From Octopus vulgaris (lineage: Eukaryota), in the NCBI GenBank assembly GCA_951406725.2, contig OX597840.1, forward strand, positions 11,904,001 through 11,968,000: 64,000 nt of DNA, written 5' to 3'. Below, one piece after another: positions 1 to 14,198 of the stretch (the stretch's first letter is position 1; each line of letters opens with the position of its first letter). A program made the translations under genes and the position numbers. The notes beneath the pieces were generated by a model. It worked only from the letters and a program-made list of their open reading frames with translations, had not been told where the DNA came from and ran no database searches.

Positions 1-152
1 CTCTGTGATCAGCTTGAAAAATTATTAAGATACTTGGATACTTTGCTACTCTTCTTAACATGAAACCAGTGGTAGCCTTAATTCACAAATAAAAAAAATT
101 ATTTATCCACCAATGCAGTATTGAGCACTCATTCCATCATTCTACATCTAAG

Positions 153-182
<30 letters not shown>

Positions 183-187
<5 letters not shown>

Positions 188-313
188 GTAAAAACGGTAA
201 GATAACAAAAGAAAGAAAGAGACTTCAATATTATGTAAATAGAGGAATTTCCTCTATTTACATAATATTGAGGTCTCTTTCTTTCTTTTGTTATCTTACC
301 GTTTTTACCAATA
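183..313. repeat. 131-bp near-perfect palindrome
   Basis: 65-bp arms (tattggtaaaaacggtaag... / ...cttaccgtttttaccaata), 1-nt centre at 248, one mismatch. Confidence 0.95.
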
Positions 314-469
314 AATTACCTCCCGGACGACGCTATTCTTCACTAAGAGCTAATACGGCTTTTTTGGATTATCGCCTAACATCGGTTGAGGACTCTTATA
401 CACAGAAGAATTTAATATGGACGCATATTACATAGATTATTGAGTAATTGTAACATATTATTTTATATA

Positions 470-680
470 CGCCATGTTGGTTCGCTAGCTTCTGCACGCA
501 TTTTTTTTCTCTCCTTGTTTCTCTCCGTGTTTCTTTTCTGTGTATCTTTCTGTCGAAGAGCGTAGGCTCGAAACGTAAAAGACTTGTTTCATTTATATTC
601 CTGAGCGCCATACTAATACAATTGTTTGTTTGTATTCCACCTGCCTTCGTCTTTTGTTTATTTTCATAAAGCTTCCCGTT
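470..680 (+). mobile_element. Penelope-like element terminal fragment with variant hammerhead motif (545-582)
   Basis: tcttt-CTGTCGA-a-gagc-gtag-gctc-GAAA-cg-TA-aaaga; a related copy lies in reverse at ~53530-53790; both abut (TA)n. Confidence 0.55.
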
Positions 681-733
681 ATATATATATATATATATAC
701 ATATACATACTGTATATTTGTATGCAAACATGC

Positions 734-765
<32 letters not shown>

Positions 766-1470
766 AAGTATATATATAAATTAGGCATCTTGTGGTGTGT
801 CAGGATTTATTAAAATAAATATGAAAATCAATCAGTGACGTATTGATCAGTAAAATTGATTGCTTATTGCTCATTAACTGACTGTCTGTTTAAATGTCCT
901 TTTTAACTGAATGTCTGTCGATAAGTTCCCATTAATTGCTGGTTTTATGGAATCTGGCTCAGTGCACTCAGACGCTAGCGGTACCACCACAAATTGATAT
1001 CCTGCAGTAAACTGCCCCTGTAAAAAATCTTAATGTTTTTTTGTGCGAGAAATATAGAGTTTTTCGATATCTCTTATTAAAGCTTTTAATTAATTAGTTC
1101 AGTAATTATTTAATTTGTTTTACCCGTTAAAGCTAAAGATAAGGCCTAGCTGGAGCACACTTCCTATGTATGTGCATGTGTGTGCACATGTGTACATGCG
1201 AATGCATGCATGCATGTATGTGTATGTATTAAAATTTATATAATATATATATATATATATTGATATGTCTATATTATATATGTATCAAAATGTATTTATT
1301 AACAGTATAAAAGTGTAAAAATGTATATTATATTTTAATATATATACGTATATGTATATATGTGTATAAATATATATGTATACACACACACACACAAACA
1401 CGTATATATAAATACGTATATATACATATATATATCTATATGTATATATCTATATCTATATATATATATA

Positions 1471-1522
<52 letters not shown>

Positions 1523-2603
1523 CATATTAAGAGTAAAAGTGTAGAATTTCCAAAGGAAACCATTAGTAGCATTGTTAATCAACACAAATACAAATGAAGA
1601 TTGTATATATATGTAGATATATTAATTGAAGTGTACAGTATTATATATCGATTATGGTACATCTTACCAATTTTTTTTGCACAAGGTGTTCAATGGGATG
1701 TTACATAACATAATTATGCAACACTGTGCTCCCTAGAGTTGGTAGTTATGGAAGAGACTGTCAACTCTGAAGACTATAATGTTACATAATCGGGCTGTTA
1801 TCTAACATCCCGTTAAAGCTCCAGTGCGAAACTTATTGGTAAGATTGGCCACAATAGACATATAATATTGTACACTTATAATCTTGATTGATACAGCCAC
1901 TCTATTGACAAATGTATGAGTACATATTTTTTATAATTTATGGATTATTTATACATATCTATATAAAGGTGTGTATATCTGTATTAAAATCATATATATA
2001 AAAAGAGAGGTACACCATAAATATATGAATGTATGTATAACATATATATTTAAATATATGAAAATGTGTGTTTATTCTTGTATATAATAACATGTTGATT
2101 ATATAAATTAATGTATATATTAGTATACAAATTACTATATTTAGCATAAAGTATATGAATATGTATGTATATATATATATATATATTCCAAAATGTGCAG
2201 TTGTAATACTGTGGTGTGATCACATTAGGATGGAGCCATTTTGATAACAATAAGGAACTGATAAGATTAAACAGAGATTATCCTGAATGTTTTTGGGACT
2301 CACTAATTTTGATAACAATAAGTGTTTGCATGCCTGTGATAATGCTAAGAGGTTTTCAATGTATGCGTGCATGTATGTATGTATGGTATGTATATATGTA
2401 TGCATATATGTATATATGTGTGTGTATGTGTATTAAGGTGTATTTGAATTTTGGTCTGTATTTATGATATATCTTATGCATCATATAATATATATACATA
2501 CATACATACATACATACATACATACATACATACATACATACATACATACATACATACATACATACATACTTACATGTATACATACATGCATACACACACA
2601 CAA

Positions 2604-2664
<61 letters not shown>

Positions 2665-2713
2665 CATACACACATGTATGTCTTTATCTATGCATCCAAA
2701 AGCATGTTATATA

Positions 2714-2758
<45 letters not shown>

Positions 2759-2867
2759 TTGTGTGTATGTACTTGTGTGTTTGTGAGTGTGTGTATGTGT
2801 GAATGTTTGAATGCATGCAGGTGTATCAATTTGTGTGTATATATATATATATATATATATGTATATG

Positions 2868-2911
<44 letters not shown>

Positions 2912-3061
2912 CATATACATATATATACACACACACACATATACACACACATATATACATACATACATACATATATTATGTATTTAAATTAATAAGTATA
3001 ATATTTGTAAATATATATGATTACATATTAAATGTTTTAAAATATCTTATATATATATATA

Positions 3062-3132
<71 letters not shown>

Positions 3133-4089
3133 ATATATATGTATATATGCATATGCATATATATATATAATCATTATCTATATTATATAAATATTTGAAT
3201 ACCTATATTGTACAGTCACTTTATATCCTATCAATATTTTAGGCTTTGGTTTGGAAACATCGTTGGTGATCAAGAATTGGTGGCAAATAACAAGAAATAG
3301 CAAAATAAAAATTTTAAAAAAAACATTATCAGGATGGATTATTGGTAATTCATAGTTCAGGGATTCTAATCTCATAATCTGCATGACTTGAATTCTAATT
3401 AATAATAATAATGTAATTACCAATATTTTTTGTAGTAAGGGGTTTATATATATATGTATATTAATTCTACGGATATTATGGAATTCCTGTTTGTATTTTA
3501 TATATCCTGTAGCAAGTGAACTTACATTGTATGTTGCCATCAGATAGCCAGTAGCTGCGGATAAGCTTTGCATAGCAAACTACAAAGTTTTTACCTGAAT
3601 CTTATTTTACTATTACAAAGACTAAATGTGTGGGAAATCAAAATGTGCAACATTTGTTCTCTGCATTTGATGTGCAGAAAATGCAGTGAGATCCTCGTTA
3701 TGGATTGTCTCATAGTTTTTTTTTTTAGTACTCTTCAGGTAAACACCCAATTAAATTCTTCAATCAACAGCATAGAACTTTCGGCTAATATATAAAGCAT
3801 TCATTCTTATACATGATTAGAACTGTAGTAATTATCCTAATTTGCATATGGTTGTTAATTGAACAATGTCTATTTTATACACAGCACAGCGTTATTTCGA
3901 AGAATTGATGTAAATGTTAAATATTACAAAGCTTTGCTGTGAGCAAAATAAGAAAGTAAACGCACTCTTTATTTACTTTCTTCTTTCATTCACAGTGACC
4001 ATTTGTAATATTTAAATTTACTTTAATTCTTCTTATTCACAATGTGTTGTACATGACATATCACACACACACACACACACACATATATT

Positions 4090-4150
<61 letters not shown>

Positions 4151-4159
4151 GTATGTATG

Positions 4160-4192
<33 letters not shown>

Positions 4193-4331
4193 GTGCATGT
4201 ATGTATAAGCATATATATATAATATATATACATACATATATATATGTATGTATATATATATTATATATATATTATATATATATGTGCATGTATGTATAAA
4301 CATATATATATATGCTTATACATACATGCAC

Positions 4332-4391
<60 letters not shown>

Positions 4392-4392
4392 G

Positions 4393-4463
<71 letters not shown>

Positions 4464-4537
4464 GTATATATAAAAAAAAAAAAAAATACATATATATATA
4501 TATATATAGATATATATGTACAGCTATATACATACAG

Positions 4538-4569
<32 letters not shown>

Positions 4570-4633
4570 GTGCATGTATGTATAAGCATATATATATAAT
4601 ATATATACATACATATATATATATTTGTATGTA

Positions 4634-4713
<80 letters not shown>

Positions 4714-5288
4714 CATACATATATGTATATATATATAGATATATATGTACAATTATATACATACAGATATATATATATATATATATAGATATATATGTAA
4801 GAGAATTTTATCTTTTTTTACCTCAAACAACCCTTACTCTAAACCCTTACTCTAAACTTACCTTTAATAATTTTATTCTGTAGGTGTTATGCATTTTGGA
4901 AGAAGAAAAAAAAATGGGAAAACAGAAAGGTTGGATAAGCTTTGAAATTTTTTTCACATTTCAACAAGATTTTTGACATGCAAACATTTATAATACCTGG
5001 TGGTTGTTACATATTTTTTTCAGTCATGCTTGTTTTTCACACCTGTCAATAATGTTTTTTTTTTGCACATTGAAAACTGAGGTGTTATAGGATTAATGAA
5101 TTAATTAATAAACAACCACTAATTTTTTAATTAAAAAAGAAAAAACTTTTAGATTTATAGGGAGATGGGGAGATAGAAGTTGTGTATTTTACCAAATATG
5201 GTATTTGTTCTTAGACAAACGTATGTATCAAGAATTCATGATGCTTGTTTAAGCATTCAATAATTTCCCAGTAACAGATAAGCTCTGC

Positions 5289-5327
5289 TTTGCTGAAGAG
5301 GTCTATTAAGACCGAAACATGTCCAAA
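5289..5327 (+). ncRNA. Minimal type I hammerhead ribozyme motif
   Basis: tttg-CTGAAGA-ggtc-tattaa-gacc-GAAA-catg-TC-caaa: stem I tttg/caaa, intact CUGANGA and GAAA cores, 4-bp stem II, palindromic ACAUGU stem III, GUC cleavage triplet. Confidence 0.7.
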
Positions 5328-5374
5328 ATTGTCTACCCATACTGCCAAAGATCAGATTCTCTCTCCCCATTGTA

Positions 5375-5574
5375 CTGTATTTTATGGCATATAAGATGCA
5401 CTTAGTTTTACAAAAAAGAAAAAAATGTCTCAAAAATCCACCCTGGGCCCTATATGCAAATTTGGGCCAACATTACATGTTTTAGTGTACTAAAAACTTG
5501 TTTTTCTGAACATGTGCTGATGAAATTAGGGTGCAACTAATATGTCTGTGTATATTTTATGCCATCAAATACAG
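5375..5574. mobile_element. Tc1/mariner-pogo type MITE
   Basis: TIRs ctgtattttatggcatataa / ttttatgccatcaaatacag with TA on both sides. Confidence 0.7.
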
Positions 5575-6029
5575 TATTTTAGTAATTTTTAAAAAATTAA
5601 TTTTAATTATTTTTTTAATTAATTTAAATTCTGAAGTTATTTCATTCATCAATTTCTTTTACCAAAATTATTAATTATGATAATAAGAATTTGTTTTTAT
5701 CATTTTTTCGTTTTCACCACATTATGGCCATATTATTAATTAATTAAAACTTTTTGCTTTGTTACATTAAGTATCTCAGCATCAACTTTATTAATTGCAC
5801 CATAATATTTACCTTTCGTTAAAGAATTTAATTACCTTCCATAAATTCTTCTCAATTTTTTTTTTGTCTAAAAAGTGTAAGGTCAGCGACCTTGACCCAC
5901 TTTCTAGAGCCCCTGATATTTTTCAGAGGGAGGTAAAATGTTACCAGCCCCCTTGACACCTTATCTTAATGCCTGCAATAAAGTGGACCTTGCTATATGC
6001 ACACAAAGACAAGGTTACTATGATATATT

Positions 6030-7060
6030 AAACCCCTTAAAACTCAGATTATTCTGTCAAATGTAATCCTTATTCGTTCTAGTCTGAAAGGCCAGACCTG
6101 TCCAGCTTGAATTTTAAAACTGGTAGAATATTTGAGCCAGGTATGGCTAACTTGACCATTTAGCATTCGGAATTTCTTTGTCAAATCTAATACTTATTTA
6201 TTCTTGTTCATTTGAATAAATCTAACATTATCTCATAGCTTCAAAATTATTCTTAGAATGACATTTGCAGAGTTGATCTGAGAGGTCAGACCTGTTCAGT
6301 TTGAATTTAAAACTGGTAGAATATTTGAGCCAGGTATGGCTGACTTAACCATTTAGCATTCAAAATTATTTTGTCAAATCTAATACTTATTTATTCACAT
6401 TGTTTTGAATAAATCAAGCATTATCTCTTAATTTTAAATTAGTTTTAGAAGATCTGAGATGTCAGACCTGTCCAGTTTGAATTTAAAACTGGTAGAATAT
6501 TTGAGCCAGATATGGCTGATCAAACCATTTAGCATTCAAAATTATTTTGTCAAATCTAATACTAATTTATTCACATTGTTTTGAATAAATCAAGCATTAT
6601 CTCTTAATTTTAAATTATTTTTAGAAGATCTGAGATGTCAGACCTGTCCAGTTTGAATTTTAAAACTGGTAGAATATTTGAGCCAGATATGGCTAATCTA
6701 ACCATTTAGCATTCAGAATTTGTCAAATATAATGCAAATTTATTCACATTGTTTTGAATAAATCAAGCATTATCTCATAGCTTCAAAATTATTTTTAGAA
6801 TGACATCACAGAGTTGATCTTAGTGGTCAAACCTGTCCAGTTTTTATCTAAAACTGGTAGAATATTTGAGCCAGGGATGGCTGATCTAACCATTTAGCAT
6901 TCAGAATTTGTCAAATATAATGCAAATTTATTCACATTGTTTTGAATAAATCAGGCATTATCTCATAGCTTCAAAACTATTTTTAGAATGACATTGCAGA
7001 GCTGATCTGAAAGGCCAGATCTGGCAAGTTTGAAATGGTCAGTTTAAATGCTAAAGGGTG
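6030..7060. repeat. Head-to-tail array (~5-6 units, ~175-185 bp) of a piggyBac-like MITE
   Basis: recurring aaaactggtagaatatttgagccag...accatttagcattc; outer ends aacccctt / aaagggtgaa. Confidence 0.75.
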
Positions 7061-7719
7061 AAACTGCTCACAGGTTAAATCTCAAAGTACCCAGTATTTT
7101 TAAATCAGATTTTTTTTCTTATAGGGTACATTAATAAGGCAGACAGGGATAGGGGTGGAATGAGAAGCTGTGGCATTCATGACATTCTCAGTAAAATAGC
7201 TACAATTGCGGGTACTTTTTTTTTGCTGTTGTTGTTATTGTTTTTGCCACTTTTTTTGCTGTTGTTTATTTTGTTATTTTTGTTCTTGTTTTTTTTTGCT
7301 GTTGTTGTTTATGTTGGTTTTGTTGTTGTTTGTTGTTCCTGTTTTGTTGTTGTTTTTTGCTGTAGTTTATTTTGTTTTTGTTGTTTTTTCTGTTGATTTT
7401 GTCATTGTTTTTTTTTGTTTTTGTTGTTGCTTTTTCTGTTGCTGCTGCTGTTGTTGTTAATCCCTCCAATACATCGTTAAGCCATGACCACCTCAGCTTT
7501 TCGGCTCAGGTAACGAGCACCTAACATCCACTATTAAGACAGTAATGTGTAATACAAGGCAAATTTGGCTGCTATTTCTTGCAGAGTGGCCAACCACATG
7601 AAGACTGATGAGATCTAATTAGGCTGAAACATACCCCCCACTCTAATAAAGATCAAATCAAACCCACTCTTCATTGCCTTTCTTCCTTTTATCTTTCTGT
7701 TATAATTTACTTCTTCCAG

Positions 7720-8860
7720 GCATTGGACTGTGGCCATGCTGGGGCACCCTGGTATTTATTCTATTGGTCTCTTGCTGAACTGCTAAGTCAGGGAGTTGTA
7801 TGCAAGCTAACACTGGTTGTCAAGCAGTGCTGGGGTACAAACACACACACACACACACATGCACACACACACTCACACATGCACACACACACAGATACAC
7901 ACACATGCAGACAAACATACACATACACATGCAGACAAACATACACACACATGCACACACACACACATACACACACAGATACACACACATGCAGACATAC
8001 CCACATACCCACACACAGACACTCACATAGACACACACACGTATACACACATGCATACACACATACATACATGCAGATACACACATGCATACACATACAT
8101 GCAGACACACACACATGTACAAACATACATGCAGACACACACACATACAGACAAACATGCATCCACTCACACACATACATGTAGACACACAGACATACAT
8201 GTAGACACACACATGCAGCCACACACATACATACATGCAGACAAAGAAACACACACCCACATACACACATATACAGGCATGCTGACTGACATACACACTC
8301 ACACACACAGACATGTATGCAGACACACACATACACACACATGCAGACAAAGACACACCCACCTACCTACACATACGCATACATACATGCAGACACACAT
8401 GCACACACAGACACACATGCATCCACTCACACACACACCTACATATAGACACACATACGCACACATACATACAAACACACACACATGCAGACACACACAC
8501 ATGCAGACACACACACATGCAGACACACACACATGCAGACACACACACATACACGCGTGCAGACAAATAAACACCCACCCACACACACACATATACACAC
8601 ATGCTGACAGACACACACATTCACACACACATACATACACATGCAGACAAAGACACATACCCACACACACACACATACATACATGCAGCCATACACATCA
8701 TAGGCTTTCCACATAGTTTCCATCTACAAAATCTTAATCCTCTCACAAGGCATTAGTCAACTCGGGGCTACAGCAGAAGACACTTACCCAAAGTACCCCA
8801 CAGTTGGATTGAACTCACAACCATGTGGTTTCAAAGTAATCTTCTTAACCATGCCACACC
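7720..8860 (-). mobile_element. tRNA-derived SINE family A, internal CA-rich microsatellite expanded to ~850 bp
   Basis: flanks match family A copies (gactgtggccatgctgg...; gaagacacttacccaa...ccatgtggtt). Confidence 0.75.
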
Positions 8861-10024
8861 CCCACACCTTCACCTACCTATTTAAATTATTTTAACTTTT
8901 TTTGGACATTTTTTGGGGATTTTTTAAGGATTATCTCCCTTGCCATTTTTGACCAGAATTAGTAATTTCTATAACAGCTATTTTTTCTACTTAGGATGTG
9001 TTTTAATGTCTTATAGTTTGGTGGAGGGGACAGATGGTACCAGTAATTCTTTAGGGAGTCTCCAAGACATGTGTGGGTTGTAGTATAGTGGTGAAGGAGA
9101 TATACTATTTAGTTGTAGCGTGGTTGTAGTATAATCAATCTAGAGTGTGGGTCATAGCTGATGTTATTTAACCCTAGGTCAACCCTGATCTTAGTAACCT
9201 TATGATCAAACATCACTCCAAATGTGACCATCCTGTCTTTTTTCCACAAACTATTGGCTCCTGAGTAAATTGCTCAGTACGACCTTCTTTTTTATAAAAT
9301 CTAAAGTGGTATTTGAGAGGAATTAGACTGTTATTTCAGTTTAATATGAAATCAGGCCAAGTTGTTCTGACCTATGTTCAATGGCATTCCAGTCATGACC
9401 ATCTCACCTTTTTCAGCATTTATAAGTCAATATTGGCTAATGCATTCTTTTTTATAAACTGGAAGTCTGTAGTTTGAGAGATATTAGGCTGTTATTTCTA
9501 GCTCTAGTTACTGTTTAGTGTGAAATCAGTTCTATCATCAATGGCATTCCAGCCATGACTATCCCATCTTTTACAACATTTAAGACTACATTGGCTTATG
9601 TGTCCTTCCTTTTTTTAACACTGTAAAGTGTAATTCATGTGAAACTGGCTGCTATTTCATACAAATTTAATGACCACATAGAAACTTGCTTTTATGCTCT
9701 TCAAACTGTAGTTGTTGTTGTTGATGTCGTTATTGCCATCCTTTTTTAGCCCTTGGCCAATCTCAATTGAGTAGACTTCTAACCAAAGGCACTCCAGGCA
9801 TGGCAATCCTGTCTTCGAACAGGTAGCAATGGTTGTTGTATTATTTAATGTACCCTTTTTTTTTACCATTTTTAAGACCATGGCACCGGAATTTGAGGAA
9901 GAATTTGCTGCTATTTTCTACAGTTCAAATTATCATGTTGACACTCCTTATCAGTTCCTGCACCTTTTGTAGCAGCAAGAGTAGTAGTAGTAGTAGCAGG
10001 AGCAGCAGTAGTAGTAGTAGTAGC

Positions 10025-10067
<43 letters not shown>

Positions 10068-10359
10068 ATTGAGGACAGGAGATGGAGCGATTGGAAAATT
10101 CCGATTGAACTGTACCTGACCAAGAATCAGTTTTAGATATTCTCCAGGTACCTTGGTCCTAATTAGGTTTTGCCTCCTCCGTGCTGTGTGCTTTTCAGGT
10201 GTCACACAAGTTTATTTTTTAGGAACGTCCAAAAAAAGGAAACTTCGCTGTTTTTAATGCTTCACATTGCATCACCAGTGCACGTGAATTCGTTTGCAGT
10301 GAAGTGCAACACACGCATCCATTGGTGTCTTCATAAATTTTCATTATTGGGAAGCATAA

Positions 10360-10880
10360 AGGTGCATGACCTAGTGGTTGGGTGATACACTACTGATCAC
10401 AAGATTGTAGTTTCAATTCCTAGACAGGGCAGTACATTGTTTTTTTGTTTATTTTTTTTAAACAAAACACTTCAATTTCATATTGCCCTGCAATCACTTC
10501 ACCTAATGTGTGGCACACTTGTGCACCTGTACAGGTAATGTCAATTTGATGGAGTGGTGGGGTGAGCTAATATACTGCACAAACATTTGATCACTATAAA
10601 CCAGCGGTTCTCAACCATGGCTCTGAGGGCCACATATGGCCCTCAAGCATCCTTCCGGTGGACCCTAATGATCTTCCCTACGTAAATAAAATATAATAAA
10701 TTTTATTTTTAATTCACTTGTGTTTTGCTTTTGTATTTTGGTGTCCCCCCACTCCTTACCGCATCCCTAAAAAAGTCCAGGTTTTACTCGTGGCCCGGAT
10801 ATTAAAATGGTTGAGAACGACTGTTTAATCAAATCAAATAAACAAGTTGGTCAGCAAGGAACTGCAGAACCCACCCTCAT
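10360..10880 (+). mobile_element. tRNA-derived SINE interrupted by a hAT-type MITE (10602-10823)
   Basis: A/B-box-like head (gacctagtggtt...gtttcaattcc); MITE TIRs cagcggttctcaacc / ggttgagaacgactg. Confidence 0.65.
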
Positions 10881-10907
10881 CTATCTTTCACAATAAAAGA
10901 GCCTACT

Positions 10908-10942
<35 letters not shown>

Positions 10943-10952
10943 CATAAATATG

Positions 10953-11051
<99 letters not shown>

Positions 11052-11307
11052 TTATGTATGTGTGTGTATATATATATATATATGTATATATATATAAATG
11101 TATATATATATATATATATACATGTATATATATATCTGTATATATATATATGTATATATATATACATATATATATATGTATACACATATGTATGTATATG
11201 TGTATATATATATATATGCATATGTATATATATATGTACATGTATATATATATGTATATTTATGTATATATATATATATGTATATATATATGTGTATATA
11301 TATGTGC

Positions 11308-11354
<47 letters not shown>

Positions 11355-11402
11355 TATATATATATATGTATATATATGTGTATATATATATATGTATATA
11401 TG

Positions 11403-11442
<40 letters not shown>

Positions 11443-11460
11443 ATATACACACACACACAC

Positions 11461-11738
11461 ACAAATATTTCGGCTATCAATAATCAATAATCAATAATCA
11501 AAAGTTAATAATCCATAATTCTGAGCCTGGAAAAGTATAAGGTAATTATATATATATATACACACATACACATACATACTGATATATCTAGATATATTTA
11601 GAAGCAGATGTGGTGTGAAGTTTGTGAAATGTGTGACAAATTACCTTATACTTTCCAGGCTCAGAATTATGGATTATTAATTTTTGATTATTGATTATTG
11701 ATTATTGATTATTGATTATTGATAACCAAAATATTTGT
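11461..11738. repeat. Inverted repeat, ~90-100 bp arms containing (ATAATCA)n
   Basis: aatccataattctgagcctggaaaagtataaggtaa versus ttaccttatactttccaggctcagaattatggatt. Confidence 0.9.
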
Positions 11739-11921
11739 AATGAAATAATTGAAATACAAAAAGAATTTGCTTATTGGTTAATTTTTAAACTATGCTTTTT
11801 TTTTTGTTTTCTCTTCTTCATAGAAATGTCTTGGTGATATGCTGCATTCCATAAAACGTTTTATCCAGTTTGCTGTGGATCGCAAACGGCTGGTTTTGTT
11901 GCATTAAATTATTCATCATTA

Positions 11922-12342
11922 TCTATTTCTTTATTGTCCACAAGGGGCTAAACACAGAGGGGACAAACAAGGACAGACAAACGGATTAAGTCGATTGTAT
12001 CGACCCCCAGTGTGTAACTGGTACTTAATTTATCGACCCCAAAAGGATGAAAGGCAAAGTCGACCTCGGCAAAATTTGAACTCAGAACGTAACGGCAGAC
12101 GAAATACCTATTTCTTTACTACCTACAAGGGGCTAAACACAGAGGGGACAAACAAGGACAGACAAACGGATTAAGTCGATTGTATCGACCCCAGTGCGTA
12201 ACTGGTTCTTAATTTATCGACCCCGAAAGGATGAAAGGCAAAGTCGACCTCGGCGGAATTTGAACTCAGAACATAGCAGCAGACGAAATATCGCTAAACA
12301 TTTCGCCTGGCGTGCTAACGTTTCTACCAGCTCGCCGCCTTA
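11922..12342 (-). mobile_element. tRNA-derived SINE family B, tandem dimer
   Basis: two copies of gaccccgaaaggatgaaaggcaaagtcgacctcggc..tttgaactcagaac; B-box gagttcaaatt on the minus strand. Confidence 0.85.
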
Positions 12343-13912
12343 ATTCATCATTATCACCACCACCATCACTATTATTATCATCATTATCATTACCCTCATC
12401 ATTTTCCGTTCATTTTGCATGATGGTAAAGGTTGGCGAAACGATCTGGTCCTGAGTCAATTCTTACTGACATCTGCTTTTCCCATGCACCGGTGCTCCCT
12501 CTATGAGTCATTTTGGCTGCTATTTCTCCCATAAACTGGTTCTCCATTTATGTGTCATTTGATGTAGTTTCCTGGATGTCATTTGTCCTTCTTATTGTCA
12601 ACCACTTTTGCAGAATGTATTGAGTGTACTTTCTTGTGGCACCAACACTAGTGGGGTTGCGCAGTCCTCAGCAAGACAAAACCAGAGACATCACAACCTT
12701 GCACTTCGTCTCCTCATTTAGGTTGTAAGAATCCATTCTCCTCCAGTATTTGATGTATTTTGCTAAATATGGTTCTTGGTTGATTAATAGCTGTTTAGCT
12801 GGACACAAGTATTTTAAATTTTGTTTGTTTTCTCATGGGGAGTGTGGGACCACTTTTCGGCCACTGCTGTTCTCAAGTCTACTCTGACTAATAGCAGTAC
12901 CTTTTAGGATCCCAATTATGGATTAATTAGCACAATAGAGCTTGCCTACTGATGCAGGGAAAGACCGGATCCAACAGAACCTGCAGGAAAAAACCTACAT
13001 GGTTCAACGGAGGGAAAGGCCACAGCGGCACTGCATTATAGAATGCAGAGAGCAGGATGCAGGCAAGTAAGACATCTTGGTCATTCATTTTATCTCTCTC
13101 CATCCCTGATCATCTTGACCGGAATTGAAGTTGGTCTTGGATTAGAAATCATGGTCGATGGTCCGAAATTCTTATTCACTTTAAGCAAAGTCATCTTACC
13201 GGTCATCGGCGATCCCTAAGGTTGGTTAAATGTTCCCTGTTGTTCCAATGGACGAACATATATTTCTTCGTGTTTATATTCCACTGTGGCCAAATTTATT
13301 CAGAATAGATAAAATGGTAATAAATATAATAGGAACTAATGAAACTGACCCCTGTTTCGCTTGCTTTCTGCCCCTGCCATCTACAGCGTGGGTTTTGTGC
13401 CGAATATATTATCAGAAAGAGAAACAAGGTACAAAGGAGAAAATATATCAAGTGTTTTGATTTCTGGTTGCCAGTTCAGTTCTCAGGGTATTATGTTCTT
13501 CAACAAGACATTAATTCATCCCTTCCCCTTTAAGCTTTATTCATGTATATCCCACACCACAATTGTTAGTTTCTCCAACAGCAGATTTATCTCCCCTGCC
13601 TAGAAGTTTCATGCCTTTATAGCATTCCCTTACAATTGCAGGCACCAACAAGGAAGCTTCTACGTGGTCACTCACTCTGCTAGAAATAGCAGATCAACTT
13701 CCCTTAACTTTGAAAAGGACACAGTGACTAATGTGGTCATAAGAAAAAGATGGGATGATCATGGTTGGAATACCTTTCTCTCCTTCTGGAAGAAATTGAC
13801 TGTGGTCAGACCTGGAGATGGCTGGGCTCTGCCAGGCCTAAAAATGTCCAAGACATACTCTATACAATGACAGCATCCCTATGATTCTCTTAAGGAATTA
13901 CGGATACATGGC

Positions 13913-13956
<44 letters not shown>

Positions 13957-13959
13957 TCT

Positions 13960-14163
13960 TTTACTTTTTTACTTGCTTCAGTCATTTGACTGTGGCCATG
14001 CTGGAGCACTGCCTTTAGTCGAGCAAATCGACCCCAGGACTTATTCTTTGTAAGCCTAGTACTTATTCTATTGGTCTCTTTTGCCGAACTGCTAAGTTAA
14101 GGGGACGTAAACACACCGATGCTGGGGGGGGGGGAACACAGACACACAATCATATACACACAT

Positions 14164-14198
<35 letters not shown>

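Noticed and set aside
3178-3795. Non-repetitive ORFs of 131 and 75 aa
   Set aside because: No recognisable motif or exon structure; consistent with chance in AT-rich DNA.
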